Shown here in pieces: positions 47,548 through 56,606 of a DNA stretch of 64,000 nt. Numbering within the stretch: position 1 is the first letter of the stretch; each line of letters begins with the position of its first letter. The notes beneath the pieces were generated by a model. The model saw only the letters and a list, made by a program, of their open reading frames with translations. It searched no databases and had not been told where the DNA came from. The stretch is from Bdellovibrio sp. (GTDB taxonomy: Bacteria > Bdellovibrionota > Bdellovibrionia > Bdellovibrionales > Bdellovibrionaceae). The position numbers and the translations under genes are program-made. The stretch is taken from the NCBI GenBank assembly GCA_036676395.1, contig JAKFCY010000002.1, forward strand, positions 2,144,001 to 2,208,000, given 5' to 3'.

Positions 47548-47937
47548 CTAGCTACGTTTATAAAACATGCCTTGAGATTTCTGTGGCTTTACGAAACCAA
47601 ATTTCTGATAAAGCCAATCCACATCCGCAAAAAGACTAACAACAGCAGACTTAGAAACTTTTTCGTCGATGAATGACATTATTTTTTCTAAAATCTGTCT
47701 CGAATACCCCTGCCCCTGAAATTCGGGGTCAACGGCAATATCAACAACTTGCACATGCAATCCATCTCCTACAACCCGCCCCATGCCGATGAGCTTTTCA
47801 CCATCTCTCAAAGTCACGGCATAAAGAGATTTCGGAAGTCCTGCTTTGGCAGCTTCAACAGACATAGCCGAAAGACCACAAGTAATTCTTAAAGCACAAT
47901 ACTCTGCCGCATCAGGGATTTTTTCTTCGATTTGCAT
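47548..47937 (-). CDS. GNAT family acetyltransferase
   Basis: IGMGRVVGDG, DIAVDPEFQGQG, LYQKFGF. Confidence 0.9.
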   Translation of the reverse strand: MQIEEKIPDAAEYCALRITCGLSAMSVEAAKAGLPKSLYAVTLRDGEKLIGMGRVVGDGLHVQVVDIAVDPEFQGQGYSRQILEKIMSFIDEKVSKSAVVSLFADVDWLYQKFGFVKPQKSQGMFYKRS

Positions 47938-47948
47938 AATGCATTTCC

Positions 47949-48359
47949 TTACTTTTTTTCTGTTCGAACGGCAATGGCTTCAATTTCAAAAAGCATTCCC
48001 GGTAACGCTAATGAGTCTACCGGAATATAAGTGCTAGCCGGAAATATTTCAAAGATCTTTTTTTTCTTATTATTAACCGCTTCAAGTCTTTCTAATGAAT
48101 TTCCAACCACCAGTTCTGTGACCTTAACCACGTTGGCGAAGCTCATTCCCGCACTTTGTAAAACTTTTTCCATGTTTTGGTAAGCGAGCTCAATCTGGTC
48201 TGCAAATGATCTTTGGTCGTTAGAAAATAAAATCCCGACTTGTCCTGAAATATATAAAATTTCTTGCGGCGATGTCACCGCTACAGCTTGTGAATATCCG
48301 TATTCACGCGAATCATAACCTTCACTGTAATTAATATCTTTAATCTGTGTTTGGCTCAT
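47949..48359 (-). CDS. RidA/YjgF family protein
   Basis: YSQAV, LYISGQVG, PAST, LFEIEAIA. Confidence 0.88.
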   Translation of the reverse strand: MSQTQIKDINYSEGYDSREYGYSQAVAVTSPQEILYISGQVGILFSNDQRSFADQIELAYQNMEKVLQSAGMSFANVVKVTELVVGNSLERLEAVNNKKKKIFEIFPASTYIPVDSLALPGMLFEIEAIAVRTEKK

Positions 48360-48799
48360 AAATCTCCGGCTGGGTATTGATCGTACTTGGCCCAGAATTC
48401 ATATTTTTCTTTGTCACTGGCACCGGCGTATAAATGAAAATTTAAGAAAAAATCTTCGCGTTGAATATTCGGAGTAAAAAGAATTTGTATTTTACAACCG
48501 CGATCGGCCAAGGGTTTAAAGGCATGAATGGTCATCGTCGGGATCACCACAGTTTCGCCGGCTGTAACCACCCGCCAGTCACCATTGATTAAGATGGCGA
48601 TGGCTCCTTCAAGAACATTAAAGATCTCTAACATTTTTTTATGATAGTGGGGTTCGGCTCCGTTCGCTCCGGCGGCGTAGCTCATCGTGTAAAGACCTAA
48701 ACTTGCGTTAGTTAGATCACTAGTTACATCAAATACACCAGTCCATCCCGGATTCTGTAAAGTTTGTTTATCCTGCACTTGTTTTAGTATCGCACTCAT
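48356..48799 (-). CDS. Cupin domain protein
   Basis: PHYH...E.F.VLEG and G....IP...IHAF motifs. Confidence 0.85.
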   Translation of the reverse strand: MSAILKQVQDKQTLQNPGWTGVFDVTSDLTNASLGLYTMSYAAGANGAEPHYHKKMLEIFNVLEGAIAILINGDWRVVTAGETVVIPTMTIHAFKPLADRGCKIQILFTPNIQREDFFLNFHLYAGASDKEKYEFWAKYDQYPAGDL

Positions 48800-48851
48800 A
48801 TTATTTCACTGCCTTTCACATACAGAATAGATTTTGAAAGGTGTAAAATCG

Positions 48852-48865
48852 TTAACATATGATAA
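48852..48865. promoter_or_regulatory. Near-palindrome, candidate operator for the divergent Crp-family regulator
   Basis: TTAACATATGATAA (12/14 palindromic) between the divergent cupin and Crp genes. Confidence 0.35.
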
Positions 48866-48883
48866 GGTTTTAAAGAAATATTT

Positions 48884-49474
48884 ATGAAAAAGCCCAATTC
48901 ACCCCAACAGAAATTTCTAAACTTCTTAGACCCACTGGGTAAACTCAGTCAGGCCGAGCAAAACCTTTTATTAGATCATTGCGAAATCACTTCGGCTGCT
49001 AAAAATGAACATCTGATCAACATGGGTGACACTGTTACCCATGTTTTATATTTGCTTGAAGGCATTGTTCGCTATTACGTCGTCACCGAAGCTGGCCGCG
49101 AAGTGACGAAGGCTTTTTATAAAGATTCTTTTTTAATTGGCAGTTTTGATGTGACCTTCAACAAAGGCACCAATAAATTTTTTGTGCAAACTTTATCTGA
49201 GGTTCAGTTTCTAAAAATTCCGATCGACAACATTCGTAATTTGCTTGAGACTTCTCACGAATTTTCGAAAGCTTACAATCGTTTTTTGACTTCGGTTTTT
49301 ATCTTTAAAGAAAAACGCGAAATTGAGCTTTTATCAACCACCGGCAAAGAAAGATTTGAAAATTTTCGCCAAGAGTTTTCTCAGATCGCCGATGAAATTT
49401 CTGGAGTAACGCTTGCTAGTTATTTAGGAGTAACCCCGGTGCAGCTGAGCCGCATTAGGCGTGTTATAATTTGA
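48884..49474 (+). CDS. Crp/Fnr family transcriptional regulator
   Basis: cNMP-like N-terminal domain; C-terminal LASYLGVTPVQLSRIR HTH. Confidence 0.88.
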   Translation: MKKPNSPQQKFLNFLDPLGKLSQAEQNLLLDHCEITSAAKNEHLINMGDTVTHVLYLLEGIVRYYVVTEAGREVTKAFYKDSFLIGSFDVTFNKGTNKFFVQTLSEVQFLKIPIDNIRNLLETSHEFSKAYNRFLTSVFIFKEKREIELLSTTGKERFENFRQEFSQIADEISGVTLASYLGVTPVQLSRIRRVII

Positions 49475-49504
49475 CGATAATTTGTCTTAATAGTCCAATA
49501 GGTC

Positions 49505-50239
49505 ATGGATTCACAAAAACCGCACACTTGGTCTGAAGATTATAAAATTGCCTCTTACTTTGTAAACTTACGCGGACGCGCAGGTCTTTACTCAATACTT
49601 AATTTTATTCAAGACGTCGGTTGGATGCACGCCCGCCAAATGCGGGCTCATCTTGAACCGCACCAAGGCTGGGTTTTTACCCGCCAAAGTTTAACGATGA
49701 ATGCTTGGCCTAAGTGGAATGAGACTATCACCATTAAAACTTGGCTTCGCACGCCGACTTCAGATGTTTTCTTTTTTCGTGATTACGAAATTTTTAACGG
49801 CGATACAAAAATCGGCGAATGCACCAGCACTTTTTCAGTGATTGATATGAACACCCGTAAAATGGTAGCCCCTGATTTAAATAAACTGGGTGCCGTATTT
49901 CGCGATGATCACAATCGCACTGAATTACCTGAAAAAATTCTGTGGCAAGCTGATGTCACCGAGATCGCGCAATTTGAAGTGCGCAACAGCGATCTTGATA
50001 TGAATAATCATGTTAATAACACTAAATATGCTCAGTGGATTTTAGATGCCATCCCGCTTGAGATCTTAAAAGGTGATGTGCAGTTAAAAAAATATGAAAT
50101 TAATTTTTTAGCCGAAACTAAATCAGGCGATAAAGTCATCTTGCAGAAAACTAATGTCCCAGATTCTGCGGTCACGCAGTTTCAAGGCGTACGTGCTGCT
50201 GATGGTAAGCCTGTGTTTACGGCTAGGCTTCATACTTAA
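49505..50239 (+). CDS. Acyl-ACP thioesterase
   Basis: VRNSDLDMNNHVNNTKY double hot-dog motif. Confidence 0.9.
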   Translation: MDSQKPHTWSEDYKIASYFVNLRGRAGLYSILNFIQDVGWMHARQMRAHLEPHQGWVFTRQSLTMNAWPKWNETITIKTWLRTPTSDVFFFRDYEIFNGDTKIGECTSTFSVIDMNTRKMVAPDLNKLGAVFRDDHNRTELPEKILWQADVTEIAQFEVRNSDLDMNNHVNNTKYAQWILDAIPLEILKGDVQLKKYEINFLAETKSGDKVILQKTNVPDSAVTQFQGVRAADGKPVFTARLHT

Positions 50240-50376
50240 TCCGAAAACCGCATTATTTTCTTTAAACTATCCTTTAATTAAATTTTACGCATAGAAGAAA
50301 CAGGCCCAATACAAGCTATGCATATCTACCTAAAGATACTAGCGTTTTTGAGCTGGTTAACAACTACACAAAAAAC

Positions 50377-50392
50377 TTCCTAAATTTAGGAA
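50377..50392. promoter_or_regulatory. Perfect 16-bp palindrome, probable operator of the downstream TA-like pair
   Basis: TTCCTAAATTTAGGAA, 20 bp upstream of the GTG at 50413. Confidence 0.6.
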
Positions 50393-50412
50393 ACTGTGGT
50401 AAGGTGGGTTAA

Positions 50413-50706
50413 GTGTTTCGGATATATAAGGCTGAAGTAAGGTTTAACAAGAAATACTGGAGTTATATTTGGATAGATTCTCATTACGAAAAAAAACATA
50501 GCCACTCTATCAATGATGATCTAATCCTGACCTTACTTAGCTGCTTAACAGGCGATAGTGCCGTTGAAGCCAATACTGAATCAGGTGGCTTTGCATATTA
50601 TGAAGTCGATACAGAGTACAAAGGCAAACTTTACCGACTTATTTTAGTCATTCCACCAGACAACAGCTATCTTGGCGTCAGAAATACTTATAGGAGGTCA
50701 AAATGA
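50413..50706 (+). CDS. Small protein, putative toxin of a toxin-first TA pair
   Basis: 97 aa, HYEKKH, KLYRLILV..GVRNTYRR; 4-bp overlap with the HTH gene. Confidence 0.5.
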   Translation: MFRIYKAEVRFNKKYWSYIWIDSHYEKKHSHSINDDLILTLLSCLTGDSAVEANTESGGFAYYEVDTEYKGKLYRLILVIPPDNSYLGVRNTYRRSK

Positions 50707-51056
50707 AGAAAATAAAAAAACCAAAGTTAATTCGAGTTAGCAAAACACCTCCACCAGGCTGGCCTACCGAAACCCATTGGAAAGAAATTGAAAAAAAGCT
50801 TGGCAAAGGATTAGCTACAAAGATGCTTTCTCCTGACGCTGGCCCCGTAGAGCGCACTAAGCACGAGCTTTGCGAACTGTTTATCCTTTACCGTCGTGAA
50901 ACAGACATCACCCAACGTGAGCTGGCAACACGCTTAAATGTGACTGAAAACAGAGTCAGCGAAATTCTACACTACCATTTTGATACCTTTACACTGGATA
51001 GGCTTATCGAATTGCTAAGTCGAATAAAGCCAAATCTAAAAATAAAAGTAGCGTGA
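50703..51056 (+). CDS. XRE-family HTH protein (putative antitoxin)
   Basis: TQRELATRLNVTENRVSEIL..FTLDRLI; AGGAGG RBS. Confidence 0.8.
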   Translation: MKKIKKPKLIRVSKTPPPGWPTETHWKEIEKKLGKGLATKMLSPDAGPVERTKHELCELFILYRRETDITQRELATRLNVTENRVSEILHYHFDTFTLDRLIELLSRIKPNLKIKVA

Positions 51057-51140
51057 TATTCAACACTTAAATCCCTGATTACCCTTACCGCTCAATTCAG
51101 TGGTACAATGAAACTATGGCAAATACCTAAGGAGGCATTT

Positions 51141-51257
51141 ATGAATGCATTACTTCTTAAGACACTAAAAGGGCCAATAGCTTTTGCGTTAGCTGTTGGA
51201 TTATTTTGGTTATTTGGCCTAATATTCGCGGTTGTTTACGCGCTTATTCCGATTTAA
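51141..51257 (+). CDS. Unannotated 38-aa single-TM membrane peptide
   Basis: AAGGAGG RBS, ATG 51141; MNALLLKTLKGPIAFALAVGLFWLFGLIFAVVYALIPI; paralog of 57377..57592. Confidence 0.7.
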   Translation: MNALLLKTLKGPIAFALAVGLFWLFGLIFAVVYALIPI

Positions 51258-51317
51258 TGAACCCGCTTACTATAAAACAAATAGCCTCATAAAAGCTTAT
51301 GCAGTAATATTCTAACC

Positions 51318-51608
51318 ATGAGCGAAGAAGTAGTAGTAAAACCCTTGAACAAGGTTCAACAAAACATTGCGGCCAACAAAAATCCTCTTGAAGGTATTAC
51401 TCTTGAGACTATGGTTACCGAATTAGTCGAATGCTACGGCTGGGAACGTTTATCTGATAAAATCTCGATCAATAGCTTCTCAGAAAACCCAAGTGTTAAA
51501 TCAAGCTTAAAATTCTTAAGAAAAACCGACTGGGCACGAACGAAAGTCGAACAGCTTTACACTTGGCGCGCGAAGACCGGTTGGGACCCGCGCGATAACG
51601 CTAAGTAA
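51318..51608 (+). CDS. VF530 (DUF2132) family DNA-binding protein (second copy)
   Basis: [45 protein letters not shown]. Confidence 0.9.
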   Translation: MSEEVVVKPLNKVQQNIAANKNPLEGITLETMVTELVECYGWERLSDKISINSFSENPSVKSSLKFLRKTDWARTKVEQLYTWRAKTGWDPRDNAK

Positions 51609-51707
51609 GAATTAGCTGTACAAAAAACTGACAGCGACCATAAACGCCGAACCATGAAATAAGGTTTGGTCTTGCCTCGCTATCTCGAATTAATCGCCTT
51701 ACAAGCC

Positions 51708-51723
51708 TGGAACGAAACTAGCT
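51708..51723 (+). promoter_or_regulatory. Sigma54 promoter of the M23 peptidase gene
   Basis: TGGAACGAAACTAGCT (GG-N10-GC); possible enhancer TGT-N11-ACA at 51617-51633. Confidence 0.5.
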
Positions 51724-51756
51724 CTTAGAGTTTGTAGATAACAAACGGGAGCTAAC

Positions 51757-52743
51757 ATGTATAAAAAAATTATCATCAATCTAGCAATGGCAATGGTTAC
51801 GCCACTAGCGTTCGCTAACACTTCATATGACGGTGTGTCGCTGGCTGCCGCTGCAGATTCAAGTTTTTATATAGAGACTCCGGTGGCCGCAAAGCTAACT
51901 TTATTTAATCAAGATGTGACCGGCAATATGTCAGTCAGCAAACAAATCACAGTTCCAGAGAATTCAATCTTAGCGGTGAATTTATCAACGTTTGCAACGC
52001 GCGTGAATAGCGACTGGGTGTGCGGAATTCGTGTAGTCGACGTTCAAGATGAAGATCTTCGTGAATCAGATGTCGCTGACGAAACTGATTTTTGTATTCG
52101 TACTGCAGATGTTAAAAAAGCTGGATTATTAGATAGTTCAAATGGTTTAAATAAAGAAGCCTTTCTTAAATATCAAAAAACGGGTCAGCTTTCTGAATTA
52201 CATGATCTTGGTGCTTTTGCTGCACATATGGCGTCTTCAGAAAACAATTACCAAGTCTTTAAATCAGCTGCGACTAAAAGTAGTAATATGATTAGCCCGC
52301 TTAAAAACTGTAGTGTTGGCTGTTTAGCAGTAACAAGTGAATACGGCATGCGTAAACATCCGGTTCACAAAACTAAACGTTTGCATAAAGGCATAGATTT
52401 ACGCGCAAGAACCGGAACCCAAGTCGTGAGTGTTTATGATGGCAAAGTTTTAGCGACTCGTACTGAGCGTAATGCAAGAACTAAAAAAATGAAGGGCTAC
52501 GGTCATTACGTGATCGTGATCCACCCAACACGTCAGATTGAAACTTTATATGCGCATTTATCTGCATTTAAAACTTCAGCCGGTAAACCAGTAACTCAAG
52601 GTCAAACGATTGCTTTATCTGGTAACACGGGTGTAGGCACTGCCCCGCATTTACATTTTGAAATTCATGTGAAGAAAAATCGCAGCTACGTTCCTGTGAA
52701 TCCAAGATCGTATGTTACTAAAATGTTAAACGTGAATCTTTAA
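51757..52743 (+). CDS. Exported M23 metallopeptidase
   Basis: HKGID, GYGHYV, YAHLS, SGNTG..TAPHLHFEI; signal peptide. Confidence 0.92.
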   Translation: MYKKIIINLAMAMVTPLAFANTSYDGVSLAAAADSSFYIETPVAAKLTLFNQDVTGNMSVSKQITVPENSILAVNLSTFATRVNSDWVCGIRVVDVQDEDLRESDVADETDFCIRTADVKKAGLLDSSNGLNKEAFLKYQKTGQLSELHDLGAFAAHMASSENNYQVFKSAATKSSNMISPLKNCSVGCLAVTSEYGMRKHPVHKTKRLHKGIDLRARTGTQVVSVYDGKVLATRTERNARTKKMKGYGHYVIVIHPTRQIETLYAHLSAFKTSAGKPVTQGQTIALSGNTGVGTAPHLHFEIHVKKNRSYVPVNPRSYVTKMLNVNL

Positions 52744-53533
52744 TTGAACGGGCTGACACTTCTCTTTGTAGCGAAGCCCATGCATTGATGCACTGATATC
52801 CCCAACAAGTGACTAAAGACTCACGAAAGAATAAGTAATTTTTTGGGGTGCACGAATAACCAGTTTCGAACTCTTGAAATTCGTTAATGCATAAAAAATA
52901 ATTCAGTTCATCTTGCGCACGTTTATAGTTAGTCCATTCTTTATGATCTGCATCGCTTGTTAAAAGTAACATGGCTATTTGATCTTCGAAAATAAATGCG
53001 GCACTTTCAGAACCTAATTCATCAGTAGGATGATCTAACTCGTACAACGCATGCCCAAGCTCATGAGCAAAACAAATAAGATTGCCATATGTTGGCTTAT
53101 TATTGCCCCGAATAACGTACCCAGTACTTCGTGGAAGCGTATAAAATTCGGGACTAGACAAATCCAGCATGGCATTTTCAATCAGAATATTTATTTCAAT
53201 TAGGCGTGGATGGTCTTTTAACAATTCTTTTAAACTAGATTTAAGGTCATTTGTTAGATGTTGTGAAAAAAATAAAGGCGGCTTAAGTGTTGGGGGAAGC
53301 AAACCTAAATTAGCAGAATCCATTAAATTTACTAACTGCGATTTTAACTCTGTTAGCATAGGAAACACCCAGCCTTTTTTAATAAGACTTAACCTTAGAA
53401 TTTCACGGCTTACGAGAACCTCTTTTTCGATGGGTGTTAGTTCGTTTTTTAACCAACGTCTTGGTTCAAATTGCATCTTTTGATACATTTCTTGAATTGA
53501 AACTGAAGTCGCGTAAATCACACAAAACTCCAT
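52718..53533 (-). CDS. HExxH zinc-metallopeptidase-like protein (truncated M3/gluzincin-like)
   Basis: CFAHELGHALY with a downstream ESAAFIFE third-ligand helix. Confidence 0.55.
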   Translation of the reverse strand: MEFCVIYATSVSIQEMYQKMQFEPRRWLKNELTPIEKEVLVSREILRLSLIKKGWVFPMLTELKSQLVNLMDSANLGLLPPTLKPPLFFSQHLTNDLKSSLKELLKDHPRLIEINILIENAMLDLSSPEFYTLPRSTGYVIRGNNKPTYGNLICFAHELGHALYELDHPTDELGSESAAFIFEDQIAMLLLTSDADHKEWTNYKRAQDELNYFLCINEFQEFETGYSCTPKNYLFFRESLVTCWGYQCINAWASLQREVSARSIKDSRLTF

Positions 53534-54060
53534 TCAGATATTAGAGTCAGACGTTCAACTTCTTTAACAACGGGCGAGACGCTGTGAAAAGATTTTTCAG
53601 AAAAAGGCAATACCACAAGTGTATTTGGTTTGGGCTGAATCGTGTTTTCTAAAATAAAGTGTTTGTTATTTTTACTCCAAATTTGAAGGTTTCCACCCAT
53701 TCCAGATCTCCATTCGGTCAAATGTAAAAACACACCTGCATTAAAACCGCAATCTGCGTCAGTATGGATAGGCACACCATTTGTTATTCCTTGGGTACAT
53801 CGCAACTGCGGAACAGAACCTTGATGCCTTTGCACTCTGTTTTTCAATAAATCCTGTAAAACTTGGCGCATATCTTTACCGATCATTTTACGCAGGACTT
53901 CGGTATTACTAACTAATCCATAACGATCGTGATGTTTGGGGTTAGTTTCCCACTGAACAGAGCTTAGGGCTGCTTTTTTAATAAAATGGTAACTCTCTTC
54001 GGAAAAAAAGTTCTCGATAATAAAATAAGGATACGGATTACTGTAGGCTAAGACTTTCAT
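53518..54060 (-). CDS. 2OG-Fe(II) oxygenase
   Basis: PYPYFIIENFF, HxD (IHTD), W...GGNL, SFHSV, RLTL. Confidence 0.85.
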   Translation of the reverse strand: MKVLAYSNPYPYFIIENFFSEESYHFIKKAALSSVQWETNPKHHDRYGLVSNTEVLRKMIGKDMRQVLQDLLKNRVQRHQGSVPQLRCTQGITNGVPIHTDADCGFNAGVFLHLTEWRSGMGGNLQIWSKNNKHFILENTIQPKPNTLVVLPFSEKSFHSVSPVVKEVERLTLISEWSFV

Positions 54061-54844
54061 GATCCCCACCCGCTGCTTTCATAATTTTTAGTACTTCTAA
54101 ATTACCGGCATGATTCTTTATCGCCGGAACATAAAGTGTTGTCGAAAAGTTGATTTGAGACTTCAATTGATCGACTTGATCTACGGTATAATAATTTACA
54201 CTCGATTTATCACTTGCTGAGTTAGCGGCTCTAACTAAAGCTATCGGATGATCAGCAGAATAAAACTTTAGCAAATATACTTTAAGCAGATCTAACCGAT
54301 TACCATCGCCTGCGCCTTGATAATCGGCTACTGGATTTGCAACTGAACACACATGATAAAAGAAATGGTCACTCTGTATATTGATCTTATGCTCGAACAG
54401 CAGCGCTCGGTTAATATCAATTAAGCTTGATCCGTTTTCTAGAATATCTAATTCTAATACATTTGCCATAACATCAAAACTAGAAATGCCTTCGAATACC
54501 TGAACTAGCGTTTGCTTTTGACGGCCCCACGTTTCTAAAGCTTTTGTCAAAAACACGCCTAAACGCGGATGACCAGCAACGATGAAACTTACCTGTTCAA
54601 ACTGAGCAACAGTTTTAATGATTGTCTTCATCATGTCTTTATAATTTTCAAGATCGGTGCGGTCAGTTTTGTAATAGGGGTTTAAATTCACCATTACCTG
54701 ATTGCCAGGAACATACTGTTTAATGATCGCTTCCGATGTTTCAATAAAGCAAATAGCTTTACTAGCCTGAATTTGAGCCAGAGCTTCTAAGGTAATTTGT
54801 GTAAATCTTTTAGTACCGATGCCTAGGATATTTAACTTTTTCAT
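54038..54844 (-). CDS. Borosin-type (tetrapyrrole-methylase fold) SAM-dependent methyltransferase
   Basis: LNILGIG..QITLEA, NL..YY......NY..M, AGHP, EGISSFD..LELD....G; matches the OphMA/SonM layout. Confidence 0.75.
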   Translation of the reverse strand: MKKLNILGIGTKRFTQITLEALAQIQASKAICFIETSEAIIKQYVPGNQVMVNLNPYYKTDRTDLENYKDMMKTIIKTVAQFEQVSFIVAGHPRLGVFLTKALETWGRQKQTLVQVFEGISSFDVMANVLELDILENGSSLIDINRALLFEHKINIQSDHFFYHVCSVANPVADYQGAGDGNRLDLLKVYLLKFYSADHPIALVRAANSASDKSSVNYYTVDQVDQLKSQINFSTTLYVPAIKNHAGNLEVLKIMKAAGGDHESLSLQ

Positions 54845-55083
54845 GATTTGCCTTCTGGTTATAACGAACCGTTTGTCTTCAAGGCTTATTTCAAAGGTGA
54901 TACCAATCCGCATCTATATATAAGTAGGCTATATTTCAGTTCACCTATTTGAATTCCGGGTTTTAAGAAAGTATTCCGAAAATCCGGATAAATTTCGAGC
55001 CAGATCGATTTTATCAAGGCTAGAAATCCGGACAAAGAGGCATAGTACTTGGAATAGTGTTTATCAACTAACAAGGAGTACAC

Positions 55084-55242
55084 ATGAACCATAACCAAAA
55101 CACAGAAACTGAAATCACTGTAAACCAAGCCGCATTAGAGCTTAGAATTGAAACTGAAGGCCCTAGCGTTGTTCGACGTTTACTTAATGTGATTCCAGTC
55201 GACATCGAAGCACTTCTTAAAGAATTAGACGAAGAAGTGTAG
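55084..55242 (+). CDS. Unannotated 52-aa putative RiPP precursor peptide
   Basis: AAGGAG RBS 6 nt before ATG; MNHNQNTETEITVNQAALELRIETEGPSVVRRLLNVIPVDIEALLKELDEEV; followed by a strong hairpin and then the transporter and modifier genes. Confidence 0.75.
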   Translation: MNHNQNTETEITVNQAALELRIETEGPSVVRRLLNVIPVDIEALLKELDEEV

Positions 55243-55245
55243 TTT

Positions 55246-55277
55246 TAAAATGGGGATCTGAAAAGATCCCCATTTTA
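55246..55277 (+). terminator. 14-bp perfect stem-loop after the precursor gene (leaky terminator / mRNA stabiliser)
   Basis: TAAAATGGGGATCT-GAAA-AGATCCCCATTTTA. Confidence 0.8.
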
Positions 55278-55313
55278 TTGATTTTGGATTCAACGAATAA
55301 TACGGAGAAAAAA

Positions 55314-56606
55314 ATGAAATTTTTTATTAACTCAAAACAGTTTTTACACCTAAGCCTAATTACTTTAATTCAGCAGATGATGGTTGCAGGATCGACTTAC
55401 TTTTTAATTAAACTTACCTCTTCGCAAAACAATCCCGAGAATTTTTTAATTCAGCTATTTGGTTTCTTAGCATGCTTAACGCTGGTCTACTTACCGGTCT
55501 CTCTACAAAAATATTTTCAAGATAAATGGGTTCTTTCAGTTCAGAAAAAATATTTATCTTTATTTAGAAAAAATTACTATGGCCGCATTGATTTACTTGG
55601 AAACGCAAATACTGAAAACGAAAAATTTGGCTTTATGCAAAGAGAAGCTTTTCATGTTATTGATCAAGTCACGTTTTATTGGAGCGATTTACTAACGACT
55701 TCATTAAATGTTGTTCTGAATATTTTAGTTATTGGTGCAGTGCTGGATAAGTCTTTTTTTAGTGCTTACTTTGCCAGTTTTGTAGTTTATGGAATTCTTG
55801 CGACAGTATTTGCTAAATTTATTGAAAAATGGAGCATTGAAAATCAAACGGCTCGTGTTACTCATTCAAGCCTGTTGAATAAAATTTGGCCAACGCTATT
55901 AATTGGCAACCGTATCAATAACGACCAATTATTTAGCTCAGAAGAATCTAAATTTGCTGATTTGAATTCTTCATTGTTAAACAATCGCCGTAAAACTGAA
56001 GCTGTTCAACTTATAACAACCTTACTAACCATGGCTCCAGTCATTGGCTTACTCGTTTATACTATGATTCAAAATTTGCAAAATGCAATGATCTTAGTAC
56101 CCTTGATAGCCACTTTACATCGTCAGGTTCAAATCATTCAACACATCGAAGTTATTGGAACACTTGGCTTACATTATCATTCGATGACGGCTCTGTTAAA
56201 TGGGTTTTTAGCAAGCCTTGAAGCTCCTGAAAAACAACAGCTTAGTCAGCGCATGCAACCCGCACTAATTCGTGTTCAAGAAAATAACGGTCGCACGTTA
56301 GTGACAGGCCCAAATGGTGCCGGAAAATCCACGTGGTTAAAGATCAAAAAAGAAGAACTAGGCGACAAAGCGATTTATATTCCGGCAAAAATGGATATTT
56401 TCTTTAAAGATATTTCTGACGAAATGTCGAGTGGCCAACGTGCTATGGCTATTCTAAAAAATATTGAAACTTCAGATTGCAAAGACCAAGTTTTTTTATT
56501 GGATGAGTGGGATGCCAATTTAGATGCTAACAATCGTGAAGCTTTAGAATTAGTTGTGCAAAAGCTCGCTGAAAACAACAGTGTCTTCGAAGTTCGCCAT
56601 GCCTGA
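55314..56606 (+). CDS. Compact ABC exporter (TMD + very short NBD)
   Basis: About 6 hydrophobic segments, then GPNGAGKS, MSSGQ, FLLDEWDANLD and a terminal H-loop VRH. Confidence 0.8.
   Translation: MKFFINSKQFLHLSLITLIQQMMVAGSTYFLIKLTSSQNNPENFLIQLFGFLACLTLVYLPVSLQKYFQDKWVLSVQKKYLSLFRKNYYGRIDLLGNANTENEKFGFMQREAFHVIDQVTFYWSDLLTTSLNVVLNILVIGAVLDKSFFSAYFASFVVYGILATVFAKFIEKWSIENQTARVTHSSLLNKIWPTLLIGNRINNDQLFSSEESKFADLNSSLLNNRRKTEAVQLITTLLTMAPVIGLLVYTMIQNLQNAMILVPLIATLHRQVQIIQHIEVIGTLGLHYHSMTALLNGFLASLEAPEKQQLSQRMQPALIRVQENNGRTLVTGPNGAGKSTWLKIKKEELGDKAIYIPAKMDIFFKDISDEMSSGQRAMAILKNIETSDCKDQVFLLDEWDANLDANNREALELVVQKLAENNSVFEVRHA

Noticed and set aside
33960..51300. Prophage or integrative element at tRNA-Gln
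   Set aside because: No integrase, transposase or phage structural genes, and I could not find a duplicated tRNA 3' end (attR) by eye.
54886..55128. 80-aa minus-strand ORF in the divergent promoter region of the RiPP-like cluster
   Set aside because: It overlaps the better-supported plus-strand precursor start and RBS, and has no RBS or motif of its own.
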